This document shows, one piece after another, positions 12,204-23,467 of a DNA stretch of 64,000 nt. The notes under the pieces were generated by a model that worked only from the letters and a program-made list of their open reading frames with translations, was not told the origin of the DNA and ran no database searches. The stretch is from Selaginella moellendorffii (lineage: Eukaryota; Plantae; Lycopodiophyta). Position 1 is the stretch's first letter. Every line of letters starts with the position of its first letter. The DNA is taken from the NCBI RefSeq assembly GCF_000143415.4, contig NW_003314264.1:2923710-2987709 (forward strand). Direction: 5' to 3'. The position numbers were made by a program, and so were the translations under genes.

Positions 12204-12871
12204 TCACTTTTGGCTCGAGTTCCTGGCCAGCATGATCCCCTTGTCCGCGTGGTAGACACTGATCCCGCAGTTGGCCACCGCCTCCACCACTGCGGCCAGC
12301 TTCCCTTCCAGCCGCTCCAACTTCCGCGGGATGTAGATCACCGAGTAGCAGTCCGCCTCCTTCGCGCGATCCGCCAGCGTCTCGCCGACGATCCGGCACG
12401 CCGAGAGGTCCGACCGCGACGGCAGCGTCGCGCGCATGTCCTTGGAATTGGTGGACACCGCCGCGACCACTCTCCCCCTCGACCTGTGCATGATCGTGGC
12501 GTTGACATACTTAGACGAGAGATGGACGTCGAGGCAGAAGGGCCTCATGTACTTGTCGGAGCGCTGGCGGAAGGAGCCCACATTGCTGCTGCGGTCCTCG
12601 CTGAGCGATCGGTTGTAGCGATCCACGATGCCCTCCTTGCGGCGCTCCATCTTCTGGCGGAGGCGCTGCGCCTCGTCGGGATCCAGGACCTCGTATTTGT
12701 CCACCTGTGGCGGCTTGAGCATCTGGAGAAATCGGAGAGAGATTATCATCAGCGCAAGCGATCAGAGAGGGGGGAGATCGCTAGACTCACCGCGGCGCCG
12801 CGCCATTGCTGGTGATCGAAGCCGGCATTGCGTTGCGGGACACGGCATCGCCGAGCGATCCTCCCTGCCAT
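12204..12871 (-). CDS. uL18-like protein (uL18-L1-like), paralog of the adjacent gene; exons 12871-12791 and 12722-12204
   Basis: RPFCLDVHLSSKYVNATIMHR...VSTNSKDMRATLPSRSDLSACRIVGETLADRAKEADCYSVIYIPRKLERLEGKLAAVVEAVANCGI; phase-0 GT-AG intron. Confidence 0.85.
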
Positions 12872-12909
12872 AGCCAACAAGAGGTCTAGGGCATTTTAGA
12901 ATCTTAAAC

Positions 12910-13055
12910 AGAATATTACTCTGGAATATGCTCCTTTTGTTTTAAGGTTTTAAAACACCTTTTAAGCAGGGAAGGGTTTCTCTAGGGCCAGATAAATCCT
13001 CCCCTGCTTTAAAGGTGTTTAGAAACTTTAACAGAGGGAGCCAAGAGAATATTCT
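12910..13055. repeat. Long imperfect inverted repeat (fold-back) in a divergent promoter, plus a third partial arm copy at about 13067-13092
   Basis: The left arm ctccttttgttttaaggttttaaaacaccttttaagcagggaagggtttctctag matches the reverse complement of the right arm, ctccctctgttaaagtttctaaacacctttaaagcaggggaggatttatctgg. Confidence 0.85.
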
Positions 13056-13113
13056 CTTCCGCATTATTTTAAGCAGGGGAGGGTTTACCTGGCGCTCGAG
13101 TAGTTTTGTGGCC

Positions 13114-14209
13114 ATGTCGTGCTTAGCCGTCTCGAGCGAAGAAGTGAGGCGATGGCATTTTCTTCTTTTCGCAGATCGAATGAATGGATTTTTTCTTTCT
13201 CTCTTTCCAGATCACACAGCAGGAGGGAGCGCCCAAGGCTCGCAGCTCTCACGCGGTGGCTGTGGTGGGATCCAAGGCCTATGTGTTTGGCGGCGAGTTT
13301 GAGCCTCGCGTTCCCATCGATAACAAGGTCCATGTCTTTGATCTTCGCCAGAGGAGCTGGGCGGTGGCGGAGTTGCGAGGAGAAATCCCCAGCGCCAGAG
13401 TTGGCGTCGCAATGGCCGCCGCTGGCAACACCATCTTCGTGTTTGGAGGTCGGGACGAGCAGCACCAGGAACTTAACGAGTTCTTCTCGTTTGATACCGT
13501 GACCGGGGAGTGGAGGCTCTTGTCAGCCGAAGAGACGAGTCCTCCTCACAGGTTTGCATATCTTTTCTTTTCTCGATTCAAGTTTTCACCACTTCTCGCT
13601 CGATTGCCTGCCAGGAGCTATCACACTTTAGCGGCGGACAAACAAGGCAAAAACATCTATACCTTTGGAGGTTGCGGAAAAGCTGGCCGTTTGAACGATC
13701 TATGGGTGTTTAACATCGAGTCGAGCACCTGGAAGAAACTCCCGGAGTCGTCGACCCTGACACCGAGAGGAGGTCCTGGCTTGGCAGTCGTCAATGGAGC
13801 TGTGTGGGTCATCTTCGGCTTCTGCGGGGACGAGCTAACAGACGTCCATCGTTTCGACATCGCGAGCCAGACCTGGGAAGAAGTTCAGGTTTCTTGCTCT
13901 TCTTTGCAGAAGCCGATCGGCCGGAGCGTCTTTGGAACTTCGTGCGTTGGAAACAAGATCTTCCTCTACGGTGGCGAAGTGGATCCGAGTGACTTGGGAC
14001 ACCTTGGAGCTGGAGCGTTCACCGACGAGCTGCTAGTACTTGACACGGAGAAGCTGGCGTGGGAGAAGCCGAGACTGGAAGGGAAGCATCCTGGAGCCAG
14101 AGGATGGTATGCTGCGGCTGGATTCGAGAATTCGATGCTTGTTTACGGAGGGAACTCGGCAACGAACGATCGGCTGGATGACATGTTTCTTCTTTCCGTC
14201 CGAGCGTGA
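13114..14209 (+). CDS. Kelch-repeat beta-propeller protein, nitrile-specifier-protein-related (At3g07720/NSP5-like)
   Basis: PKARSSHAVAVVGSKAYVFGGEFEPRVPIDN; six kelch blades; GGEVDPSDLGHLGAGAF; PGARGWYA; YGGNSATNDRLDD. Introns at about 13144-13210 and 13552-13614. Confidence 0.9.
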
Positions 14210-14763
14210 TAGTTCTGGTTTGTTGGTTGTGAATAATGAAGTTTCGTTTGCTGTTGCTTTGCTTGATAACCAGCTTAGTATGAGTCTTTGTAGCCAGCAG
14301 AAAGTGGATGTACCGTTATGACTCTCCTTTGGAATGGAGTCTCTCCCTGTCGAAGGTGTTGAGTATGTGTTCTTCGAGGGGAAGAAAAGAAGAATCTGTA
14401 GCGTAGCACGGCGTTGCTGGCGAGTTTGCTTTTTTGTTTGGTCGATTCTCGCTAAGCCTGTGCGTTGTTCTTACAGTGACAGGGTTCGGTTTGGTGTGTG
14501 CGTCCTTGCTTATAACTCAGCTATGGCTGCAGCCGCTGCCACTGCCTCTGCCACTGCCACTGCCACTGCAAAAGAAAGTGAAGCCATTAGATGGCGACGA
14601 CGACTACTGAAAAAGAGAAATAAATAGGAAAAACAAGACGTACCAGCAAAAATTTGTGGATCCTTCCTACAAAGAGTAAGTAGCTCCAAGTGCAAACAAA
14701 ACAATCGTCAACACCGAAAGAGTGAGAAAGCAAAAAAAAAAGGAGCGAAGGAAGGAATGAATT

Positions 14764-16468
14764 TCATCGGCAAGTGGGATTGCTCCCAGGACCACCGTAG
14801 TAAAAATACTGCCCCCAGTCGCTGCTGCCAGCCTTGACGATCCCATAGCAATTGGGATGCTCGGCCAGCGTCTGAAGAACAGGATGGGATTGCAGCTCGT
14901 TGTCCGAATCCACCACTCCAATGTTCCTGAAGTAGCTCGCCTCGGCAAATCCCCGAGAGGGAAATCTCCCGCTTCCCATCTGTGTGGCGGTGTGGGATCC
15001 ATCCGGCTGGGTGTTCACCACCTCACCTCCAAACTCCACCATGGAGGCGTAGTCCGTGAGGTGTGAGAAGATCTCCGCCGGCCAGTAGCCGACGAGCGTT
15101 CGATCGCCCAGCCTCATCCACCAATTGCCAGTTCTTGGATCCTAGAGGAAGAACACACAAAGAAAAGAATGAAGAATATGATCCAAGGGACGTATATGAT
15201 CCAAGTTACCTTCCAGACAAGGATTCTTATATCGTATTGTGGCCCATCGTAGGAGGAAACCGGGGAGATCGATGCGCCTATGGCAATGTCGCTGCCGGTT
15301 TGGATGAATCCCGAGCACAAAAGATTGTAGCAGCCAGTGGCTTGGTAGGAATCGCTCTGGATAAAAGAAAATCGTCACGCGATGCTTTCTTGCTCGAGAT
15401 TTCGCGAATTACCGTCCAGTACGTGAACAACCTGGGATTGCTGTCGCCGTAGAGCTCCGGGCTCACCTGTCAAACAGATCATCCGCGATCACAGGGAAAT
15501 TCGACCTAGACAGATTACCTGCCATCCAGCTTCGATGCTGTTGAGATCGTCCGCGAAGGAGCCTCCCAGCAGCCAGATCTGCGAGAGGCTAAACTCGTTG
15601 GGCACATCGATGTCCGGGCGCCACACATTGAGCGATGCCTGGGCGCCATAGAACTGCCCAGTCGTGTAGGCGATTGCATGCTACACACACACAAGGAGAT
15701 TTAGGGTTCTTGGCGAAATTGGGGATATTTCTCTACCTCGTGGCCGTTTGAATCCATTGCCTCGGGCATCGCCATCAGGGAGCTGGCCTGGAAGCTCGCA
15801 GCTGCGCCGGACGAGTTGGATCGGCTCGGATTGGGAGGCTTGTGGAATTTCCGGCCGTATCTCCTCACCGATCCCGCGCGAAGGATGTCGTCGATCGTTG
15901 TTCTTCGAATCGGCACTGTTCCTCGAGGGCATTGCTTGCCGCATTGATGCCACATTTGCGTCACTCGGATGCTGACGACGTCTTGCTCAGTGCTCGTTTC
16001 CTTGGCCAGATTGTTTGGCCATATCATCGGTTCTTCCTGGAAAAATTATTGATGAAAAGGGGGAGAGAAAATCTCGGGTTACCTGGAGCTGGTGATGCTT
16101 GAGCTTGGGATGATCAAATGCAGGCTGATTTCGCAGCAGCACGCAGTCGATTAAATCTCCATCCGGGCTCTACACGCACAGATTTCACAAAATTTTCGAT
16201 CTTCTCCGCGAATGAGCACTATTTTCTCACTCACCCGAATCGTTTTCACCGGCTGCTTGTTCATCGCGTTGATTTGCTTCTGGATCTTGAGAAGCCGCGA
16301 GCTTCCCCTTCCTCTCCCCCGGAAAGATCTGGCATTGCCGCCGAGCTTGACGAGATTGCCCCGAATCGCGGTACCATTGGGATTGCTCGCCTCCAGCCCC
16401 AGAGAAAGAACCAACAGCACCACCGCTAGCAAGAGCCCCGGCCATGGCGATCTTCTTCTTCTCGCCAT
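14764..16468 (-). CDS. Neprosin/DUF239 protein with signal peptide and neprosin activation peptide, multi-exon
   Basis: Signal peptide [14 protein letters not shown]; [12 protein letters not shown]; [12 protein letters not shown]; [17 protein letters not shown]; [11 protein letters not shown]; FGGEVVN; HTATQMGSG; [13 protein letters not shown]. Confidence 0.93.
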
Positions 16469-18217
16469 TAGGATCGTCACCTCAGCTCTCGCTCTTCTGG
16501 ATCAATCCCTCGCCGCGCGCATTGATTGATCGCGAGAGATCATAGAATTGGAGATGGATAGGGCCATAGAACGATCTCCTCCAGCTAACATTCTCTCTGT
16601 GGAGCAGTCGCTAGCGGTGGTGGAGAGATTGATGACCAAAAACTAATCCCCCACCACCGATTGTAAGCTCCTCCTCTCTCTTAGCTCTCCCAATCCAACT
16701 TAACAGGATGATCAAACGAGAGAGACTGAGAAAACAAGCAAAGCTCGCCCTTGGAAGCTTTTATTGCACTGGGTCCCCATCTCTCGCTAAGAAAGCCATG
16801 AAAATTTCTCTCCAATCAGTCCAACTCTTTCCTCTTCTTCTCTCCCTGATCCCTGATACAAATGCACGAGACGGACAGACAAAGAAAGGCCCCCCTCTGC
16901 TACCGTCTCGTGCCCGCCCTCTTTCTGCCAATCCAGCTGCGAACCGCTGGAGCTCTCTCACATAATTCCTGCGCGCTATGATCCAGAAGTTCGATGGATG
17001 GATCGAATTGCAAGCGCGACAGCATCACTCCATCTACCACTCGTTCTTCGTCCTCGCCGACAGTCCCCCTGTTCTATTTCGTCCTCTAGTCGCTCGCTCC
17101 GTCCTCATTCTCCCCTACTGCCCATTCTACTGCTCGATTTTACGCAGCGCTAGAGCAATCGTGGTCGGCAGCCACATTTTCCCGGCGCGAATCGCCCACA
17201 ACATCGCTGTCAACGGGCAAAACCATCCGTGAGCCCTAGAACAGAGCCGCTGCTTGTCCGTCTACCCCCACCACCTTAAAGGCGGAGGGTAGGGTCAGTC
17301 CGTACACCGCGCTTTTTTCCTCCACTGAAGCCGTACCTCGGTGGCCCAAAGGTGGAACGCTGCACTGCGCAGAAGAGATTCCAGGGAATTTGATGGAGAT
17401 GTTCGCGTCCTTATAGTTGCATCATCCATTTTGTCTCCTCTGTGGAATGCCCTCCAGCCCTAGAGCCATGAGAATATGCTTCAGTTTCGAATTTTTGAAA
17501 AGCATTGCGGCATTTTTGCGGCATTGGCCTGCTGCGAAAACTGCAACAATGAAGGCGCAACGCAGGATCGTTTTTGGGCACCTTTAACTGCTGGCATTGA
17601 ATGGGACATGGACACAAAGTTGACATTAACTCGCTGCATTGACTTCCATGATACCTTTATTTTAGCAAAGCAAATGTGTAGCTTAATGTCAAGGTGTAAC
17701 TCCCTTTCCTGGGGATTAGTTTATACAAGGCAAAGAATGCAGGCCTAAAACCACAAGCATCACTTGTCGAACCTTCTGGTACGCAAGGAATACGTATTTT
17801 ATTCCTCTTTTCTTCGTGCCTTAACTCGGAGCCCAGCCCACATGATCGCCGCTTTGAACTTCGCAAAAACGGTGGCGCGACTACGAAGTTAGGTAGCCCC
17901 AAAAAACGCTTCTTTTTTGTTGGGAACAACGATCGAATTAGGTCGGAAGCGACTTACACTCCGAGGCTTCCTTGCTAGTCGAACAAATGTTGATACTCTT
18001 TGAGCGAATTGGCCACCCAACTCGAGACCTCACCTAAAGCGAGATTCGACATTGTTTCTAACCCCTGAACAAAGCTTCTCAGACATAATAAAGATTTTTC
18101 CGTATGGCTTTTTGGAGAGCCTCCCGTCCGGTTCGTGTTTCTATGAGTTGACTTACTCATCGTCATTAAACACCTGGTAAAGAGAGGACAGCAGCAGCAG
18201 CAGCATTCTAGTAGGTC

Positions 18218-18281
18218 AAGGCAGTCAACCCAAAACCCTGGAATTGCTTCTCGAAGGCAGTCAACCCAAAACCCTGGAATT
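18218..18281. repeat. 28-bp direct repeat (period 36) downstream of plastid S17
   Basis: aaggcagtcaacccaaaaccctggaatt occurs at 18218-18245 and 18254-18281. Confidence 0.9.
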
Positions 18282-18321
18282 CTTTGCCAATACCAAAGCG
18301 TCTTTTCTCTACACAGGTACA

Positions 18322-18860
18322 TCAGCTCGCCACGGCCGCTTGCAGTGGTTCTCCCTGCAAATGCGAACTCGCATTAGTTGGCGAAGCTTCCCGAAAAAAA
18401 ATTAATGGACAAAGAAGAGTACCTCGCCTTCCACTAGCGATTGCATTGGCGGCAGTTCCACCGCTGTAGCCACTGTGGTGGCGGCGCCGCCCATGGTCTT
18501 GCCCTTGATGTCCGTCACGATAAACCTCTTGGTCTTGCTGTAGGGGCGAGACATGGCGAGGGTCACGAAATCCCCGAGCTTGCACGAGTTGTCCTCGTCG
18601 TGCGCGTGATACTTCTTGGACCGCCGCACCCGCTTCTTGCTCTTGGGATCCACCACCAGCCGGGTCACCTCCACCGACACCGTCTTATTGTCGCTGGCGC
18701 ACACCACTCGCCCCTCGATTCTCTTCCGGGCCTCCACTACCAATCCCGGGCGCGAAGAAATACCTGCATTCCTCGGCGGCGCAGCGTCGATCGAAACCCT
18801 AGATCCCCACAGCCCCGATTTCGGGAGGGCCGTCGCTGCCCAACAAGGCGTTGTCGCCAT
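18322..18860 (-). CDS. RPS17: Plastid 30S ribosomal protein S17 (nuclear-encoded, transit peptide); exons 18860-18423 and 18354-18322
   Basis: A transit peptide is followed by KRIEGRVVCASDNKTVSVEVTRLVVDPKSKKRVRRSKKYHAHDEDNSCKLGDFVTLAMSRPYSKTKRF. Confidence 0.93.
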
Positions 18861-18984
18861 GGCCGGAGGCTTATCTTCTTCTCTTTCTTGGGCAAGCAAA
18901 AGGAAATATTAGGGCAAATGAACGCCCAGATCTGGAATATCCATTAGGGTTCTATAGCTAGGGCAAGGGTTTCGGGAGCGGAGA

Positions 18985-20280
18985 ATGGAGGCGCCCGAGC
19001 GCGGCTACAGCGATGGTGGCTACGATCGCCGGGGCAGCGGCGCCCGCCCGGAGAGGTACGATAACAGTTCATTCTCTTCTCAGGGAGGAGGAGGAGGAGG
19101 AGGAGGAGGAGGGGGGGCGCCGGGCTATGGTGGGAGCTTCCAAAGCAGTGGCTATGGCGGGGGTTTTAGCAATCGAAACGAAGGAAGAGGTGGATTTGAT
19201 CAAAAGGGGGGATTTGAGCAGGGAAGGCAGTACGAGCAGCAGGGAAGGGGTGGAGGATTTGATCAGGGGAGACAGGGGGGATTCGATCAAGGAAGAGGAG
19301 GAGGATTTGATCAGGGCAGGCACGGAGGAGGAGGAGGAGGAGGAGGAGGCGCAGGAGCATACGACCAGGGAAGACAGGGTGGAGGAGGAGGAGGGGGATT
19401 TTCTCGACAAGAAGTCTACGATCAACGAGGTCCGGGAGGAGGAGGAGGAGGATTTGGGAGGCAAGAAGGCGGGTATGAGCAAGGACGGGGAAGAGGAGGA
19501 GGAGGCGGATATGGTGGCCGTGGCGGAGATGGGGGCCGAGGCCGAGGCGCACGAGGTCCTCCCATGGGAGGCCGAGATGGAGACTGGCTGTGTCCCAACC
19601 CGAGCTGTGGCAATGTCAACTTTGCGAAGAGGACCGAGTGTAACAAATGCAAAGGTCCAAAGCCAGCAAATGCTGGGAGCGACTTTGGTGGTGGTGGCGG
19701 TGGTGGTGGAAGAGGCCGTGGCTATGGCGGCGATAACAACTATAGAGGCGGTGGTGGTGGAAGAGGTGGTGGCGGCGGCGGTGGCGGGCAGCACCACCAT
19801 CCGGAAGAGCAGGGAAACGACGAAGTGAAAGTAAAGCAGTGCGATGAGAACTGCGGGGATAAGTGCGAGAACACTCGGATTTACATCTCGAACCTCCCGC
19901 TGGACGTCCAGATCGAGGAGCTAAGAACGCTGTTTGGAGGCATCGGCCAGGTCGCGAGGATAAAGCAAAGGCGCGGCTACAAGGATCAGTGGCCCTGGAA
20001 CATCAAGCTCTACACTGACGACGGTGGAAACAACAAGGGCGATGGCGTTCTTTGCTACGAGGATCCATCCGCGGCCCATGCCGCCGGTGGCTTCTTCAAT
20101 GGCTACAACCTCAGAGGGAACGAGATCAAAGTCTCCATGGCGGAAAAATCCGCTCCGCGACCCGAGAGAAGCAGCGGTCGTGGTGGCGGCGGAGGATATA
20201 GAGGTGGCGGCGGCGGTGGCGGTGGCGGTGGCCCGGATAGACGAGACGGTGGAGGAGGGCACAGAAGTCGACCGTATTGA
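18985..20280 (+). CDS. TAF15b: TAF15b-like FET-family RNA-binding protein (RGG/Gly-rich low complexity, RanBP2 Zn finger, RRM); single exon
   Basis: [26 protein letters not shown]; [24 protein letters not shown]...[13 protein letters not shown]...[22 protein letters not shown]; C-terminal HRSRPY (PY-NLS-like). Confidence 0.93.
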   Translation: MEAPERGYSDGGYDRRGSGARPERYDNSSFSSQGGGGGGGGGGGAPGYGGSFQSSGYGGGFSNRNEGRGGFDQKGGFEQGRQYEQQGRGGGFDQGRQGGFDQGRGGGFDQGRHGGGGGGGGGAGAYDQGRQGGGGGGGFSRQEVYDQRGPGGGGGGFGRQEGGYEQGRGRGGGGGYGGRGGDGGRGRGARGPPMGGRDGDWLCPNPSCGNVNFAKRTECNKCKGPKPANAGSDFGGGGGGGGRGRGYGGDNNYRGGGGGRGGGGGGGGQHHHPEEQGNDEVKVKQCDENCGDKCENTRIYISNLPLDVQIEELRTLFGGIGQVARIKQRRGYKDQWPWNIKLYTDDGGNNKGDGVLCYEDPSAAHAAGGFFNGYNLRGNEIKVSMAEKSAPRPERSSGRGGGGGYRGGGGGGGGGGPDRRDGGGGHRSRPY

Positions 20281-21078
20281 GAGAACACACAGGAGGAAGT
20301 TTTCTCTTCTTTTTTCATAGTTCTTTGGTTTGGATGGATTTGCATTCTACTTGTTTTTGTACGATGCTCTCGGATATTCCCGGGGATGGCATATGCTGGG
20401 CATAACGGAATCCGAGCAAAAAAACCGTCTGATTCATCTGACAGCGACGCGGCGACAACCGTCCGATTCGGGGATCCGACGGCGGAGGTTAAAGAGGCTT
20501 TTCCGGGATCTAGTTGCCGCCCAAGGCGTGGACGAAAGGATGAATGTATGATCTCTTCGCGGGCACCAACGATGCCCGGCGCCAGCGTGGGGCTCAAGCT
20601 GGGCGCCGCGATCAGGAGCCCCAACCCTAATGATGCGCCCGGGAATGCGGCTGCTCCCAGTCCCAGGATTCACAGCGGCGGCGGCAGGAGGAGTGGCGGC
20701 GGCATTAGCAGCGATGCTCGACCTAGTGGCGCTGCCCATGGCGGGAGTGTGAGCAGGGGGTTGCGAAATATCGGTCCAGTGAATTCTTCTTCGCCGCCGA
20801 GAGCCAAGACGGGCAAGGCAACGACAACACAGGACTTGAGGAAAAAGCAGGTTTTAGGGTATGCGGCAGTAGCGGCTGTGAGGCGGAGCTTGGAGCAGCA
20901 ATCCCCCTCCGGTAAGCAGCCGCCGGGGAGGAGCGCGCCTAACAAGATCCGGCCTCGCAGCGAGCCCGGCCCGCGTAGCAATGCCAATCCAGAGGGCAGG
21001 CTCTTGTATTCGGCGAGGGGCTATCCTCCGGCTCCTTCAGTGATTGCTTGCAGCTTGGAGCCTGCAACTTCCAATTCC

Positions 21079-23218
21079 ATGGAGGATGGGAACTTGGATA
21101 GCAAGGAGAGCAAAAAGAATCCTTCACTGCTTGTCTTCTCAGGTATGATTCGCTCTTTTCTCTTTCGATCTTTTGCTCTGTTGATGCCAAGTAGCAAACT
21201 TTTAGCTTGTGGCTGTGCTTGGTTTGTTTTCTTGTGCTCGTAAGTCTTTTACGTTGATTAGCTGCAGTTTGGGAGTTCTTCCTATTTTCTCTTCTTTGTG
21301 AATACCAGGAGGCACTGCGTTCAATGGTGTTGTAGAAGAGCTCAAGAGGCTGACCACCAATGTCACACACGTACTTCCAGTCTCCGACGATGGAGGGAGC
21401 ACGTCCGAAATACTTCGTGTACTCGGTTAGCTCTTGCATGTGAGTTTTGGGCAATCTGTTTGTGCTAAGTGAATGATTCAATTGCGTTTCAGGCGGTCCG
21501 GCGCTTGGTGATATCCGATCGAGGTGCTTGAGGCTTTCCGATGAGAGTTGTTCTGAGGCATTGGCTGTAAAGCGTTTGCTTGGCTACCGCTTGCCAGTGA
21601 ATAGCTCGGACGCAAAAGCGGAGTGGTATGGCCATTTTCTTACTGTCTGACGAAAAAAATTTGGTCTTTTCAGGTACAAAATAGTTGAAGGTGAGCATGA
21701 GCTGTGGAACGAAGTGTCGGAGCCGTACAGAGAAACTATCCGTGCTTTTCTTGTGTATTTTCAAAGTCAGGTAGCTCTTATGAGTGAAATTGGTTTATTT
21801 CCTTCTGTACGACTGACTCATTTCTACCTTGTAGTTGCTCATGCATTCCACAAAAAAGTTCTCTTTTGGAAATGGAAGGCATGTTTAAGATTTTTAGACA
21901 GCTTGTCGTAATTGTTATCTCTTTGCAGCATAGGAAATTTTTTCTTTGCAGGGGCTAGAATTTTTATCCAGTCCCTAGACGCGGCTATTTTTCTTTATTC
22001 CCGTGTCTCGAAGATTCCCGTGGATAGCATTGTTCTGCCTGCGATTTCTACCAACGACAGGGTTACTCTTGGATGTGAGCTATACGTGAGTTTTGCTTTT
22101 AAGTACGTTCTTCCCGCTGGACTCTTTGAATTTACTCTTGTTGCAGGATGGTACGTTTGTGAGGGGACAGAATGAAATTTCGCATCCAATCAAGAGAAAT
22201 TGCGTCGGTGAAGGTGGAGGGGACGACTGTCATGTTGTTGACAAGGTGAGGCTCTCACTTCTTTCACTTGATCATCAATTTTGTGAATTCATGACGCTTG
22301 CAGGGCAGGGATTCCACACCTCCGCTTCCTTCCCCGATCAAACGTATTTTTTACATGTCTTCTGACGGCGCAAACGCTTCACACGAGGTAAATAGCCTCT
22401 GGTGACACTGATTAGGACCGCAAGTAAATCTTTCAGGTATTTCCCTGCGTAAATCCTGAAGTTTTGAAGCGTATAAGCGATGTAGAAGCAGTTGTGTATG
22501 GCATGGGTTCCCTCTACACGTCAATATGTCCGTTACTGGTAACTCGCATTTCCTCAACTCTTAATGGTCTGGCCTAACCCAGCGTTCTCTGCCTGGAATG
22601 CTAATCTAGTAACCTTTGAACTAGGTTCTTCGTGACGTAGGAGAAAGCATTTCGAAACAGACATGTCCCAAGGTAAGATATTTTTTTAATTTTAATTTTA
22701 ATTTTTAATTTTTTCTGATTTTGTGATGCCGTCATGAACAGCTTCTCTTGCTGAATGGTTCTCACGATCGAGAAACCGCTGGCATGTCCGCCTCGGACTT
22801 CATCATCGCAATATGCGACGCATTGAATCGTAAATACGGTGATCCACAGTTCACGCTCGACAATCCAGTAAGTCTCCAAGTTCATGTTTTTTCGATGCTA
22901 GCCCGGTATTTGTTTCGCAGCCGACGGCTTATATCAACACTCTGCTGGTGCCAGAGAATGGAAGCATTTCCGTGGATAGAGAGCAACTAGCGGCCTTGGG
23001 AATCACTGAAGTGGTAAGAAGGAAATTTTATGTTGCTTAGAACTCGAGCTCACGTTTTCTCTTTTTGTTTCTCGCAGGTGGTAGTAGATTCGATTCAAGA
23101 CGAGAAATCAGGGACGATTTTCGACCCAAAGTCACTGATTTCATGCCTCGAGACCGCGATGTTGAAGAAAAACAATAGTGATGGCTTGGATAGACGGAGG
23201 ACGCGCAAGCCAGCCTAG
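21079..23218 (+). CDS. CofD/UPF0052 (YvcK/GlmR-like, MEE18-like) protein, multi-exon; start may lie upstream (frame open from 20386)
   Basis: PSLLVFSG|GTAFNGVVEELK...HVLPVSDDGGSTSEILRVL|GGPALGDIRSRCLRLSD; IGNFFFAGARIF; RGQNEISHP; YGMGSLYTSICP; LLNGSHDRET. Confidence 0.87.
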
Positions 23219-23467
23219 TTTTAACGAATAAAATGAAACGATCACGTTGGAACCCCCCGCATTGGAGGATATGCTTACACCTCAGCAAAAGAGAAACCCT
23301 TGATGCCTCTCTTCTCTGTGAGCGCGGCAATATTTCTTGATCCGTGGCGACTGATCGCTGTAGCGTGGCGCTGCGATCCTACATGCGCGCCGAGCGGTCG
23401 CCAAGGTGAAGGCAATGCTAGCAAGAAGGTAGAGCAAGGAGAGAGGAGGATCGAGGCCTGACAGGGT

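Noticed and set aside
16500-18200. Short ORFs in the largest intergenic gap
   Set aside because: No recognisable domain or consistent exon chain; likely promoter/UTR sequence of the neprosin and RPS17 genes.
19013-19828. Alternative-frame and antisense ORFs over TAF15b (poly-E, poly-S, poly-P)
   Set aside because: By-products of GGA/GGT glycine codon runs.
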